DNA of 58,913 nt, counting the filler, from Sphacelaria rigidula (taxonomy: Eukaryota): NCBI GenBank assembly GCA_964200075.2. It is 8 parts of 8 records of this genome, joined end to end, with 100 filler letters (N's around TTAATTAATTAA, not from the genome) between each part and the next. Parts side by side here need not be neighbours in the genome. Positions count along the whole stretch, not along the records: positions 1 to 7,278 come from CAXNAA020015655.1; positions 7,379 to 14,656 come from CAXNAA020015656.1; 6 more parts are not named here. The stretch is one strand, 5' to 3'. The notes under the pieces are model-generated. The model was not told the origin of the DNA, did not search any database, and saw nothing but the letters and a program-made list of their open reading frames with translations. The stretch's first letter is position 1; the number at the start of each line of letters is the position of its first letter. The position numbers and the translations under genes were made by a program. Of this stretch, positions 1-11,000 are shown piece after piece.

Positions 1-694
1 AAAGAGTGTTGTGTTTAGCTCAAAAATCGCCAACGAATGCAATAAAAGAAACGAAAATCAAATCGGACACCGTTAGGGGCTCGTATAAACATAACGGACT
101 TTACGTACGGGACAGAGGAAGTACAACTTGAGCGGTAGATTAAGTTACGGTCCAGCATGAGCAGCAACGTATGTATAACGTAGAACATACAGTACGAGCG
201 GGTTTTGACTGTAGGGTTACGCAGGATTGATGAATGGATAGGTCGGACTGTTTTCGTCAGAATAGTGAAGAGCTTGAGTCGAGGAGTCGACAGTATCAAG
301 CGTTTATGGATGTAGAGTGCATGGTGATGAAGTTCAGGTCGTACAGTTTATAGTACGAAAGGTTTTGTTGGGACGGCACAGTTTTCTGAGATGCCACCTT
401 GTGGCCACTCTTCATTTCTTGCACTCAATCTAGCATATCAGCTTGTTATTGGTTTCTGCGTTAATTAATAAGGAAGCGCTTTTTTGTGTTTGTTCGGCCG
501 GATAAAGCGCCAACCTTGAAACATCTTATTTTCTTCTTCAACTGCACAAGCAAGTGTTTCACAACACTGTGTGACCTCTGCGAGCTCTTTTGTCAGAGCT
601 CGGTTCACGTGGTGAACCGTGTTCCCGTCGAATTGACAGTCGAACGTTGTGTATTTTATACAAGCCACAGCCACACTTTCAACATTGTCGTCTC

Positions 695-973
695 ATATAT
701 TCTGGACGCCGGTCTACATCTTTCGGTGTTTGTGGGCGCACTAGCCGGGGTCACTCAAAAGGAAGGACAACACAGGAGTTTCTTTTTTTCAGTTCTCTTC
801 ACCTTTCTCCTGCGGTGCTCGCCTTTTTTTATCGCGAGGGGGGTTCAGCAGTCCTTTTCCCTCGTCGATCATCAAGTCGATTTTTGTGTACCCACGACAT
901 AGTCGCTCTCCACTGTTGGGCATGGTGTGAGAAACAAATCTGACGTTACCAACTGAGCCACCGGGGCGACCGG
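695..973 (-). mobile_element. tRNA-derived SINE, internally deleted copy
   Basis: The minus strand begins CCGGTCGCCCCGGTGGCTCAGTTGGTAAC (Pol III A-box TGGCTCAGTTGG). The same head occurs at 30085 and the same 3' body at 43765-43945. Confidence 0.7.
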
Positions 974-2051
974 ATCGCAATACCGTTATCAGTACGATTT
1001 GTATTAGCAGAGAACGCCAGACTTTGAACGGAAGATGCAGCATTAAGCTGTGCACCGCCCCTCCACGTGGCATCGACGCACATTTTTCACCTCGGTGCTT
1101 TCGCAGCACCCTCCGTCTCGAACGATACCCCTTATTTCTCTACAACCTGTTATGTGCGAGTTTTCACTGCCACATTCCCTGCGCATGAAGGCAGGCGCTC
1201 TACAGTAGCACGGGTTGTGAACATATTTCTAATGAACTCACCATATATACGTTGTATCAAATAGCCGGTAACCGTAAACCTCGTATACACTGGACACCTG
1301 GTCCTCTCGTAGCCAATTCCGGTTGAACTCCAGGTTTGATTCAATCGATAATATCGTGTAGTCTAGTTGACGGCGGTGAAAACAATAGTACATGACAGTA
1401 TTTCCCGAGAATACGCACAAGCCGACGAGTTCGGACAACTCTTCGACGAGGAAAATATGTGAACGACCGTTTCCTCCCAGTTGTCATTAACTGGTAAGGA
1501 CTTCTGTCTCTACAAACGCAGCATTCTCTTGAAAACACTCGCAGCGATCAATGCTCGCGTAACGCACCTTAAAACGGTGGCTCAATTAGTGACCAGAAGT
1601 GCCCCTGCTCTCTCGGGATTACTTTAGTTTCATTTCAACATAACCCGACGACTTCGATTACGGTACCCAATACCATATCGTCCCCTTTCCGTTATCGGGC
1701 ACCCTACTACTACTCCTTGTTTCACCATATGCCCAGTGATCCCTCTCCCGAGTAGGATTGTCGGAGGTAAGCCCGCAACCAAGGGAAACCAGGGACGGGA
1801 GGGTTGAGAGAGCGGGTACTTCATACCGACATCGATGCATCTTCAAATCGACATATATTTTTCGTTGCAGGAAACTCAGGATCTGTATGACCCCGACTCG
1901 GGACACCACCGACCCACTCTCTGACTAGGGGGCAGGTTCAAGCAAGCTGCCGCAGCTGGCTCCATTCCTAATGTTCACCATCCCGTATTTCAAGTGGGCA
2001 CGAGGATCGGTGGGTGTCGCAGTGCCAGGCGATTCGGTCGTGTCCGGATCC

Positions 2052-5000
2052 TCAACCAAGGCGATCGGTGGAATTTTCGATGATTCTGTCCAAAGTTCGC
2101 TCTTTGAGGAGCTCGATGGCCTTGGGCCCGAGGAGAGGCTGGTCGGGCGCGACAAAGCCTTGCTCGCCAGCCACGGCGGCGTTCTCCTGCTCGGCCTCGA
2201 TGCTTTCCATCGCTGATTTTTCTTGCTCCTCTACCGGAATCGGTACGGCGTCTCCGGCGGCCGCTGCCGTAAGCGGTGGAAGGTCGCTGGAAGGGTAGGA
2301 ACAAGGCATGGGGAGGTGGAGGACAGGGATGCTTGGTTGATATTTCGGGGTGCATACGCGGGCACGAAGTCCTGACGACGATTCAGAGTTTGGCTAGGAT
2401 TGGATGCTGTACGTTAGTGTGTTTTCCCGGTGTATCCTCAAGCAATAGCTGCTTGAGGGCTTCATAGTGATGACTGGAGAGTGGCCGTTGTACTCTGCAT
2501 TTTAGAGTACAAAAAACAAATCATCTCATTTCTTCAATCGACATGTTCGCAGACGGTTTGTCACGTTCATAGAGTCAGTGCGGGTAGGCGTGTGGGAGAA
2601 CAGCAGGCCGTGAACAGGCCACAATTCCCAATTTCGTGTTTTTGGGATAGTAGGGAGAATCTTGTTCCTCGAGGAGGTGTTATTGATCGCACATAGTGAC
2701 GAATCGGATCGGTTGGGTCCAGGGAAAATATGAAAGAGCGAAGACCGAAAACGACCCCCTTCCCCCCTCCTCCCCCCTTCCTATCACGGCACTCCACGCT
2801 ACATACCCCCTCGACGCATTTCTACCCGAATCCTCGCAGCTACATCACATTTGTCGTCAAAGCCAAAGACATGGCTTGCTAAGTCGATGTAGTGCGATTT
2901 CTCCAGTAGAAGTTCACACGTAATTTCCGTACCTGACGCTAGGCTTGGGCGCAGGCGAGGGTGGCTCTCCTGTGGTAAAGTAGTATGTGGTATCCGAGCC
3001 GTAGGTTTCTGTTTTATAGGGGGCCAAGCTCCCCAGGAACACCTGCGGGCACATACGTTTGATTTGTGGATTTTAACCGTCACGATTGTAACGCGGTCCT
3101 CTCACGCATTACAACGATATCGTAGGGGTAATATGGTAAATGGGCGAATTATCCTAAACAGGCAAACGTGAAATCGTTCCATCGGACGGTACAAGACTGT
3201 ACTGTCAGGAACACAAATGCATGGTGGCCCCCTTGGTCGAATAAATCATATACGAAAAGCCAAGAACAAGGCACGGAACAAAGTGAATGTACGCAGAAAA
3301 ATCTCCGAACGAAAAACTGGGACGAGCACACAACTTAGGACTCCAGAGCGGGAATAATTAAACAAGGAAAATGCATAAGACAGGTAGCAGACTCACGCTG
3401 GCAGCATCGACCGTGGGCACAGTGACCGGGATCACACCCGCGCCGCCAGTGGAATCCAGAGTCATACCCAGGATAGCACCGGTAGCGGCGTCCTTCGTAG
3501 CCGTAACGATAGGGCTGTCAGCATCCAACGCTTCGTGCTCTTGGAAGTTCACACACAGGTCGTCAAACTTGACCGACTGCACGTCCAGTGATATCAGAAA
3601 ACGGGGGTCAGATTAGCTTGTCACCTCCGTGCTGCCGATTGTCTTGGACATTATCGTGTCCCCTCAATAAGATGAATGCCTCTTAATGAGACATTCTAGA
3701 ATTGCGGACGGACGGGGGAGAGCTCAAATGCTGGTGACGAGCCTCAAGAGACAGCGAATAGCTTTGAGAAATAGCACATTCATCTTTCACCACGTTCGCA
3801 GCTGAACTCTCAAAAGTGATGCTCAATTCCAGAATGATCCCTTTGGAATGTCGCGAAATACGCCATACCTTGACAGGGAAGGTGACGAAGTTGGACAGGG
3901 TGGCCATGACATCTACGTACCACTTCTCCAGCGAAGACATGCCGCCCAGGTCGGCAGTTGGGATAATATTGGCCTGGTGGAACATGTACTTGTCCCTGTT
4001 TTTGAAGAGAATACGAAGTTGCGGAGAGCAAGGATCAAGTGCCACCGAGGAAAGCAGAGCCAGCAGCGCATTCACGTAATTTTCGCGGGGTGGCGAAAGT
4101 ACCATTGTGGCTACTGGGAAAGAATGTTGTCATTGGGAATACTAAACCTTAACCGCATGCCCTCGCATACCTGCGGCCCATCAGCATATGGCGCGTGGTG
4201 GTCTCAGCCTCGGCCTTGTAAATGGCGTCGGTGGAACCGAAGGAGGCGATGTCATCATTGCTGTTGCAGCCATACACGGAGCCGACGTTCGAACACGTCT
4301 GCTCAAAGATGGGCGATGAGCAACGTTAGACCAGCGGGCGATGGGGGAACAGACGTGAGGTCGCAAATGAGCCCTTTCCCCCACACTATTGCGGATACTT
4401 GCTTCGATGGTCGAGCTAACCTTGTCAAGTCGCGGTGAACATACCCACAAAACGAGTCATTTCGGGACACGACCTAAAGCATCTGGCTTCACATGGTTTC
4501 TCACCCCACGATTCGGTATGGTGGGGTCCAGCTCCGAGCAGCCGCAGACAATCCGCCTGATATATTCATTTTCATCTACGAGGCACTACGTTTTCTCGGG
4601 CGGCCAAAGACGGCATTGAACCAAATATGAACGACGACGGCGACGAAGACGACAACATCAGAAAACGACAGGGTCAGAGAACGGACGGTGGCTGATGAGC
4701 AGTTTCGTGGGCGTTCGAAGCGAGAAAGCATGCTACATGTAGATGACAGACAGCAGTCGCCCACGATGAGCCAAGTTGACAGTGCCCCACCATGAGCGCT
4801 TTGTGAAGTCAACTTTTCTTCTAGCACCCCGGACCCGTTCTGGATAGTACCATATCCCGGTTACACTTGGCTTTCCCGCATCCTACCTTGCCGCTGACGC
4901 AGTTATAGTAGACGTAGGTAGCGTAACGGGGCACGATCTGTATCCCAGCGTGCCCTTCATTCATTGTCAAGATATCAACATGCGCCGAGAGCAGAGTCCG

Positions 5001-6189
5001 AAGACGACGGGGTCAGGTCGATATAATGCACAACGTTTTTTTCTTTGGTCCCCCACATTTCAAACAACTTGCACTTCATTGCCCCCCGATCCCTTCTTCC
5101 TTGATAGGCCAAATAGAAGATTTCGCAAAGCGGTTTTCCCTTCCACACAGACTGACGTGAAGCAATTGGGGATGAGGTGCGCAGCCAACTCCCTCGTGCT
5201 GCACACCACAGTTTTTTTACCACCCTCTGGCGAATTCTTACCGTTTGTGGCCACGGTGGAGTAGATGGAGTGGAACTGGCTGTTCTTGTTGACGAGGCTT
5301 ACGGTGGTCTGTATGCCATCGTACGTGTTGTCACCGGGGTAGCAAGTCATGAGGTTGGCTTCACCGGACCTGAGACAGTTGGCGTTGAAGAGACCGGTGA
5401 TACCCGGCGAAACCATACTGCGCCAGTTGTAAGTGTCCATGTCGAACATACCCGAATACACCGCGATCCGCACGTTGGCTGTGTTTTGGGAGGAGCGTTG
5501 GTGGTTGAAAACAAGATGAACGGGTGGAGCGAGAACAAGTCCGGCGAGGCGACGGGACGGGGACAGGATGAAAAACGTGCTTCGACAGCACTTCCAAAAG
5601 TGCACAAAATGAATCAGCTTTCAACCTGCTGATGTTCACGACACCTACGTTTCGAAAGGGGTTCAATCAAGACGGATCTGTGATAGGTAGATCATGAACT
5701 AGGGGACGTATCTCGGGTACCCGCTGTTCTCGGAGTAGTTTCGGCACCGAGTGATCCAGGGTATCTCAAGAATGAATGTAAGGCTTCACAAATCCGGAGT
5801 CGGATCATGTCTATTTCCTTCTTCGGTGCCTGCTGACCCCCCTGACATACATATACTCGTTCATGGTCAATATTTGGTGCTGTTTCCTGTCGCCGCACTC
5901 ACGGAGATGACCCCCTCTCCCCGCTCTCCCTGCAACCCAAACGCCCCCAGCTCTCGGCCGTTCTGTACAACAGCGTACATACCTCCATCTTCGGCGTTGC
6001 AGTCTGACGCTTGGAGCTCATCGCGAGAAAGATGTGTGAGGGTATGACTACCATGGAAGCCATCGTTGGGATAAGCTAGTACCGCCTGGAGCAGAGCGTC
6101 ACTGTCCCAACCACCGGCGGCCGCCTCGGCCTCCATAAGGGGTACGGTAACACTCAAGTAGTCCGGGGGAATAACAATGCTCTGTAGGC
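2052..6189 (-). CDS. Agd3-like polysaccharide deacetylase (CE18 family), 5'-partial, 9 exons
   Basis: Hand-spliced exons on the minus strand: 6189-5983, 5478-5242, 4954-4887, 4585-4505, 4298-4171, 3995-3869, 3576-3397, 3042-2933, 2286-2052 (TGA). All introns are GT-AG with compatible phases, 1373 nt in total, no internal stops. Motifs occur in the Agd3 order: FHGSHTLTH, SPGITGLFN, PGDNT, IVPRYATYVYYNC, TTRHMLMGRRDKYMFHQAN, IPVTVP, ETYGSD. From recall, fungal Agd3 has HISHTFTH, PPAITGLHN, VGDNT, PRWATRIYYNC, YMFHQAN, IPVT, EQLGSD. The N-terminal exons were not found on the contig. Confidence 0.88.
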
Positions 6190-7034
6190 CTGCCACGTAT
6201 GAGGAGTAGGGAAGGGGGGAAGCAAGCACGGAACCCCTGATGATTGTGCCCAAAGTGTGACGAAGTATGAGCTACGACCACATACCCTTTGGTATACGGT
6301 GAAGTTCGGTTGCCCTGTCACGGTAGTCGTTATGCTTGTCATCCCCGAGGAACGTAGACAGGCATCGAGCGGAAGTCTCGGAGAGCGGGTGCGAGTCTTT
6401 CTACAGTAGCCTTCCCCCAAACACAGTGTCTGGTTTGGGAGTGCAAAATCCATATGTATGTTGAAATGAGGGAAGCCGAGTAGAATGAGCAGCGGCGAAT
6501 CCCCACGCTTGGTGTCAAATGGCGGGCGGGCAGGCTGGAAGTTAGGGGGGTCGTGGACTACTACAATAATAGGATGATTGGGTATTTCTGGAAGTGGTGT
6601 GGCAAAGGGCAGATATGGGGTTCATTCTCGCCAATGTCGCCCATATGAGGCGCTTTATTAAGCCTGAAACCAAACATCAGGGCTACAAGGCCAATTAGTT
6701 CGTGACCGTTTTGAGCAGGTTTTGGGGGGGGGCTATGGTAGAAAGACCCATGCATTTCAGGGGATAACGTTGGGCTAACGTACACTTGAGCTGCTCCAAA
6801 GCCCCACTTGTAGATACTAGATTGCATGAGTGGTGGCGGCGGTCGAACAGATGTATCGACAGAGTAACAGACAAATCCATGAAATGAAGTTGTACAATGA
6901 AATGAGGTTCAGGCCCGAGACAGTGCTTTCCCTACACTTACAGCGATGGTGCCCAATGACTCTTTTGTCGGCCTAATGCCCCTCAATCGCGTAGATACTT
7001 CTTCAGCGCATTGTACCGACTCTTGTGAGCTTAT

Positions 7035-7256
7035 AGCGCTTGTAATGCGTGAGAGGGCCGCGGGCTTAGAGGACCGTATGGCAATTTGAACATTCCTATG
7101 GTCAGGGTTCGGGTCAGGGTTAGTGTTGGGGTTATAGTCAGGGGCGCCGTACCTGCAGATACTGGCCCGAATGATTTCGAAAAACGTCGATCCTGAGGTG
7201 TTTTGAACTACGGCGCGGTCCTCTAAGCACGCGGTCCTCTCACGCATTACAGCGCT
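7035..7256. mobile_element. MITE with ~41-bp terminal inverted repeats and a telomere-like core
   Basis: 7035-7076 AGCGCTTGTAATGCGTGAGAGGGCCGCGGGCTTAGAGGACCG is the near-perfect reverse complement of 7216-7256. The interior has GGGTTC/GGGTCA/GGGTTA units. A solo end lies at ~3092-3113. Confidence 0.75.
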
Positions 7257-7278
7257 GACCGAAATCTTCGCATTCCCT

Positions 7279-7378
7279 NNNNNNNNNNNNNNNNNNNNNN
7301 NNNNNNNNNNNNNNNNNNNNNNTTAATTAATTAANNNNNNNNNNNNNNNNNNNNNNNNNNNNNNNNNNNNNNNNNNNN
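7279..7378. other. Artificial contig linker
   Basis: 44 N + TTAATTAATTAA + 44 N, with stops in all six frames. Confidence 0.98.
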
Positions 7379-7389
7379 CACACACGAAT

Positions 7390-7455
<66 letters not shown>
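7379..7455. repeat. (CA)n microsatellite at a contig start
   Basis: Direct reading of the sequence. Confidence 0.97.
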
Positions 7456-7457
<2 letters not shown>

Positions 7458-7992
7458 CGCATACAGAGAAAAGATAAGCGACTTCAGTTTCTCACACCGT
7501 TTTGACACTTCAGTGATCCTGCCTTGTCCGCTGCCTGTCTACGTTGTTACTTTTGACTTTGCATACGATTTTCGCATGCTGGACATTTGTTTCAAACGCT
7601 CATGGGTATTTATTTTTGTTTTCGGGATGCAAAAAAAATGCGAACCACATTCGCTTGTTCAAGATGACGCACGTGGGTTTTTTTTCGCAACAAAAAATTA
7701 AAAAGGTGAACACACGCAAGAGAACAAAACGCATTACCCCGTCCCCCCTCACACATCTGCTCGTTTCCGTTATCTTTTACTGACTAACCTCTGCTCTCCC
7801 ACCTACCGCCTCTCCCTCCCGATTCATTTTTCTGGAATCTCGAAAAGCGGTGATATTACAAAAAGAATAGACTTCCGTGAAACTTAGGAAAAATTATAAA
7901 AATAACTACGGCCGAATTGACCGAATTGAGCCATATTTGCTGGTACCTAATGCACGAGCGCGCCCATCATGCTCTCCAAGACGACGGCGACG

Positions 7993-7999
7993 ACAATAA

Positions 8000-8033
<34 letters not shown>

Positions 8034-8092
8034 AACAAACAAACAATCAACAACCAACCAACAACCAACGAACAACAAACACTAAACAACAA
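7993..8092. repeat. (AAC)n microsatellite, intronic
   Basis: Perfect, then degenerate, AAC run just 3' (gene orientation) of a DRC7 exon. Confidence 0.93.
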
Positions 8093-8120
8093 AAAAGCAC
8101 TAGCATTAGTTACGAGTCAC

Positions 8121-8267
8121 CTTGCTCGCGCGAGTAACATCTCCTGTCGAGTAGTGGAAGAGGGTGCGAATCCTTCCCTCCGCCAAGTAGTATGTCCGCT
8201 TCGCCACGTTCCGGTACGCCGGGACGGATTCATCGCGCGCGAACTTTTCCGTCATCTTGTACACCAC
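8121..8267 (-). CDS. DRC7: Dynein regulatory complex subunit 7 (CCDC135/FAP50), internal exon
   Basis: 147-nt phase 0/0 exon with a polypyrimidine tract + AAG acceptor and a GTGACT donor. It encodes VVYKMTEKFARDESVPAYRNVAKRTYYLAEGRIRTLFHYSTGDVTRASK, which resembles the DRC7 segment KITERFFRNPAKPAEEDVAERVFLVAEERIQLRYH...ITASK (recalled, not searched). Confidence 0.85.
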
Positions 8268-8911
8268 CTTTTCAGAGAAGAAAAGAGGAAGGAAGGGCGG
8301 TAGGAGAGCAAGTACCCTGTATGCGTACTTGGCAGAGCAGCCTGCATAGCTAGATCTACTGGGGAAGAGATGGTTCGATCTAGTACTGGAAGGCTACGGG
8401 TTTCTTCCCGAGCATGGGGGGTAGTGGGGTTGGCAGGTTGACAGTATGATGGAAAACACTCCCCACCCTCCCACCCCCCCCCCGCCCCCCTCAAAACAAA
8501 TGAACCATACAGTACGGCATCGAGCCCGGCAGGACCTGAAGAATGGAAAGCATCAACCATCGTGTGGTTGGTGAGGCAAATTGAAGGGGGTGGAAGCAAA
8601 TAAATAAACGAACATGCTTGCAGAAGGACTAGCGATTCTGTCACTGTCGTTGCACATGGAATCAGGATGATGGGTAGTGCCTTCGTCTTTTGCCTGAGGC
8701 ACAATAGCGCTACATTTGATTTTCAAAGCACGATAACTGAAACGAAGCGTGCAGTACAACGATGCTCAGTACTTCGAGAACTTTATTTTGTTTTGGTAAA
8801 GTGTAAATGCACAGTGAAGTGCAGCGGCACTCAGCCTTGAAAAATACACTGTATATATTATACAAAAGTCACAATATTATGCAGATCACGGATTTCGTTT
8901 TTCGGACAACA

Positions 8912-8915
8912 GCAC

Positions 8916-8948
<33 letters not shown>

Positions 8949-8962
8949 ACATACATACATAT
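8912..8962. repeat. (CAT)n followed by (CATA)n microsatellite
   Basis: Direct reading of the sequence. Confidence 0.9.
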
Positions 8963-9049
8963 GTCTAACAAAGATTACGTGTGAACGCTCCCGTGCAAGC
9001 GGGACAATTAGACTTACTCTTCAAACAGTACACTTCACAAACCCCTTCA

Positions 9050-11000
9050 GCATCACGTCACCCTGCGACATTTTTCATTTTCGAAAGCCTGATGAGACAG
9101 TGCAATGTTTGTCCATCACCGTTCACCTTCGACGAGGGCGAGATTCGACCTTCGACCCAAGCTGTCAGTGCCCGAAAGTAGGCGGGTAATAGGCAATACG
9201 CGGAGCCCTGATGGTGGATCTGACACTTTGATTCTAAAAAACAGAAATTTGATTTCTGAAAAACGCATACACGATGAGCACAGGAGACTCCAGAATGCAA
9301 GAAGAGCGTCTCTGTTACCTTCGGGCTAGAGTTTTCTTTGGAAAATATCGCCGTATATGTGTGGCTGTATTGCGCAAAATGCATAATAACGTAAGGTTGA
9401 TCAGGTAGTGCAATGAATTTCCATCACCGTTCACCTTAGACAAGCGCAAAATTCCACGTTGACCCAAGCTGTCAGTGCCTAAATATGCACGTAATATGCA
9501 CGTGAAGATTCGAGGTTCGGGGTTCGGTAAATTTAACAGTCGATTTCCCGCGATTCGGTGACTTTTGGAGTCGAAATTTATTGTCTCTGTCCTGGCCGTC
9601 TATTTGTTGGTAAATCAGACTGGTGGTCCTGGCGTTTTGATTCTGAAAAACTGAAACTTGAATCTTACATGCATACACGGCCAAAATTCAAGAAAAGCGT
9701 CGATGTTTCCTTCAGGCTGGAGTTTTCTTTGGATCATCTTTGGCTGTCTACGTGCAACAAACTCACTTTGAAGCGGTAACAAAAATGTTTTCGTGAGATT
9801 AAGAGTAGAGGATATGCTTGAGAGTGAAAAGCAGACAATGAGTGAGTTAATCGTTTCAGTTCCCAAGTGCACCTCCGCGAGGCACGATGTTTTTTCTGTA
9901 GTAGCTTGCCTTTGAGGCCCTTGATTACCCCCGAGTAGGACATCGATGTGTAGATGTAAGCACACGGCAGTGATAGAGACAAAGAAAAAGCACACACGAA
10001 ATAAAAAGTTGCCCTAAGTTAGAGCGAATGATCCAAGTCACTCTCAATCCGTGCACTATTCTCAATCTCACGAAAACGTTGTTTAACGCGATTAGTTCTC
10101 CTTACAGCGTAGGCGTCCAATCAATCAGTGAGAGCGTGAGCAAGAACAACAAAACGAATGCTCCCATTTCTCGGAGTTCGGTGAATCTTTCCACTCGCAG
10201 TTTCAGTGGGGTTTTTTGTCCCTCTCTCTGGGTTGTTTATTACGTGGCAATCGCAGCCTTTACTGTACATGTGCAACAAATGAGTTTCAAACGGTAACAC
10301 GATTATATTTCCTGACACCATAGGCGTCTGACTTGTGTAAACGCGACATACACGTGCGTAATGTCAATATGATTCCAATCAACACCAACCATAGACGCTG
10401 TGGTTGTTGCCAGTTTGCAGCCTACCACAGGGCGCTTTGTTCGTCAGCCTTTCTGTGTCCCTTAGATTCGATTTCCCGGGGTTCGGGGTTCGGTGAATTC
10501 AACAGACGATTTGCCGCGGTTCGGTGAATTTTGGAGGTGAATTTTGGAGCCGAATTTTATTGTCTCTGTCCTGGCCGTCTATTTGTTGGTAAATTGCAGT
10601 CTACCCTTGAGTTGTTTGCAAGGTTCGGCGAATTTTGGAACGACAATTTTTTGTTTTCCCTTTCCGCCAGGCTGTCTCTGGCGTGGGTAAACTTTAGAAC
10701 ACGTACTCATCTTTCGTTGCTTTTTTCGTCGGCCTTTCTGCGTCCCTTAGATTCGATTTCCCGGGGTTCGGGGTTCGGTAAATTCAACAGACGATTTGAC
10801 GGGGCTCGGTGAATTTTGGAGACGATTTTTGTTGTTTCTGTCCTATCCGTCTATTTGTTGGTAAATTGCAGTCTACCCTTGAGTTATTTGCAAGGTTCGG
10901 CGAATTTCGGAACGACAATTTTTTTTGTCTCTTTTCGCAGGCTGTCTCTGGCGTGGGTAAATTTTAGAACACGTATACACTTTTCGTTTTCCGTTGTTCC
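9050..11000. repeat. Composite dispersed repeat with internal direct duplications, in the DRC7 intron
   Basis: ~285-bp tandem duplication (10441-10725 vs 10726-10990) with a partial third copy at ~9505-9615. 9100-9180 is repeated at 9410-9480. 9780-10075 matches 58330-58785 on another contig. Confidence 0.75.

Noticed and set aside
4690-4735. Hammerhead ribozyme core (CTGATGA...GAAA)
   Set aside because: I could not form the required stems I-III here or at other CTGATGA sites.
3848-5632. Plus-strand ORFs 3848-4438 and 5177-5632
   Set aside because: They are antisense shadows of the Agd3-like exons.
6287-6401. Next upstream exon of the Agd3-like gene
   Set aside because: It has AG/GT boundaries, but the phase-compatible frame shows no Agd3-like motif. 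The true exon is probably beyond the contig end.
7323-7334. TTAATTAATTAA recurring about every 7.38 kb as a biological periodic motif
   Set aside because: It is always centred in 44+44 N, so it is a synthetic six-frame-stop linker.
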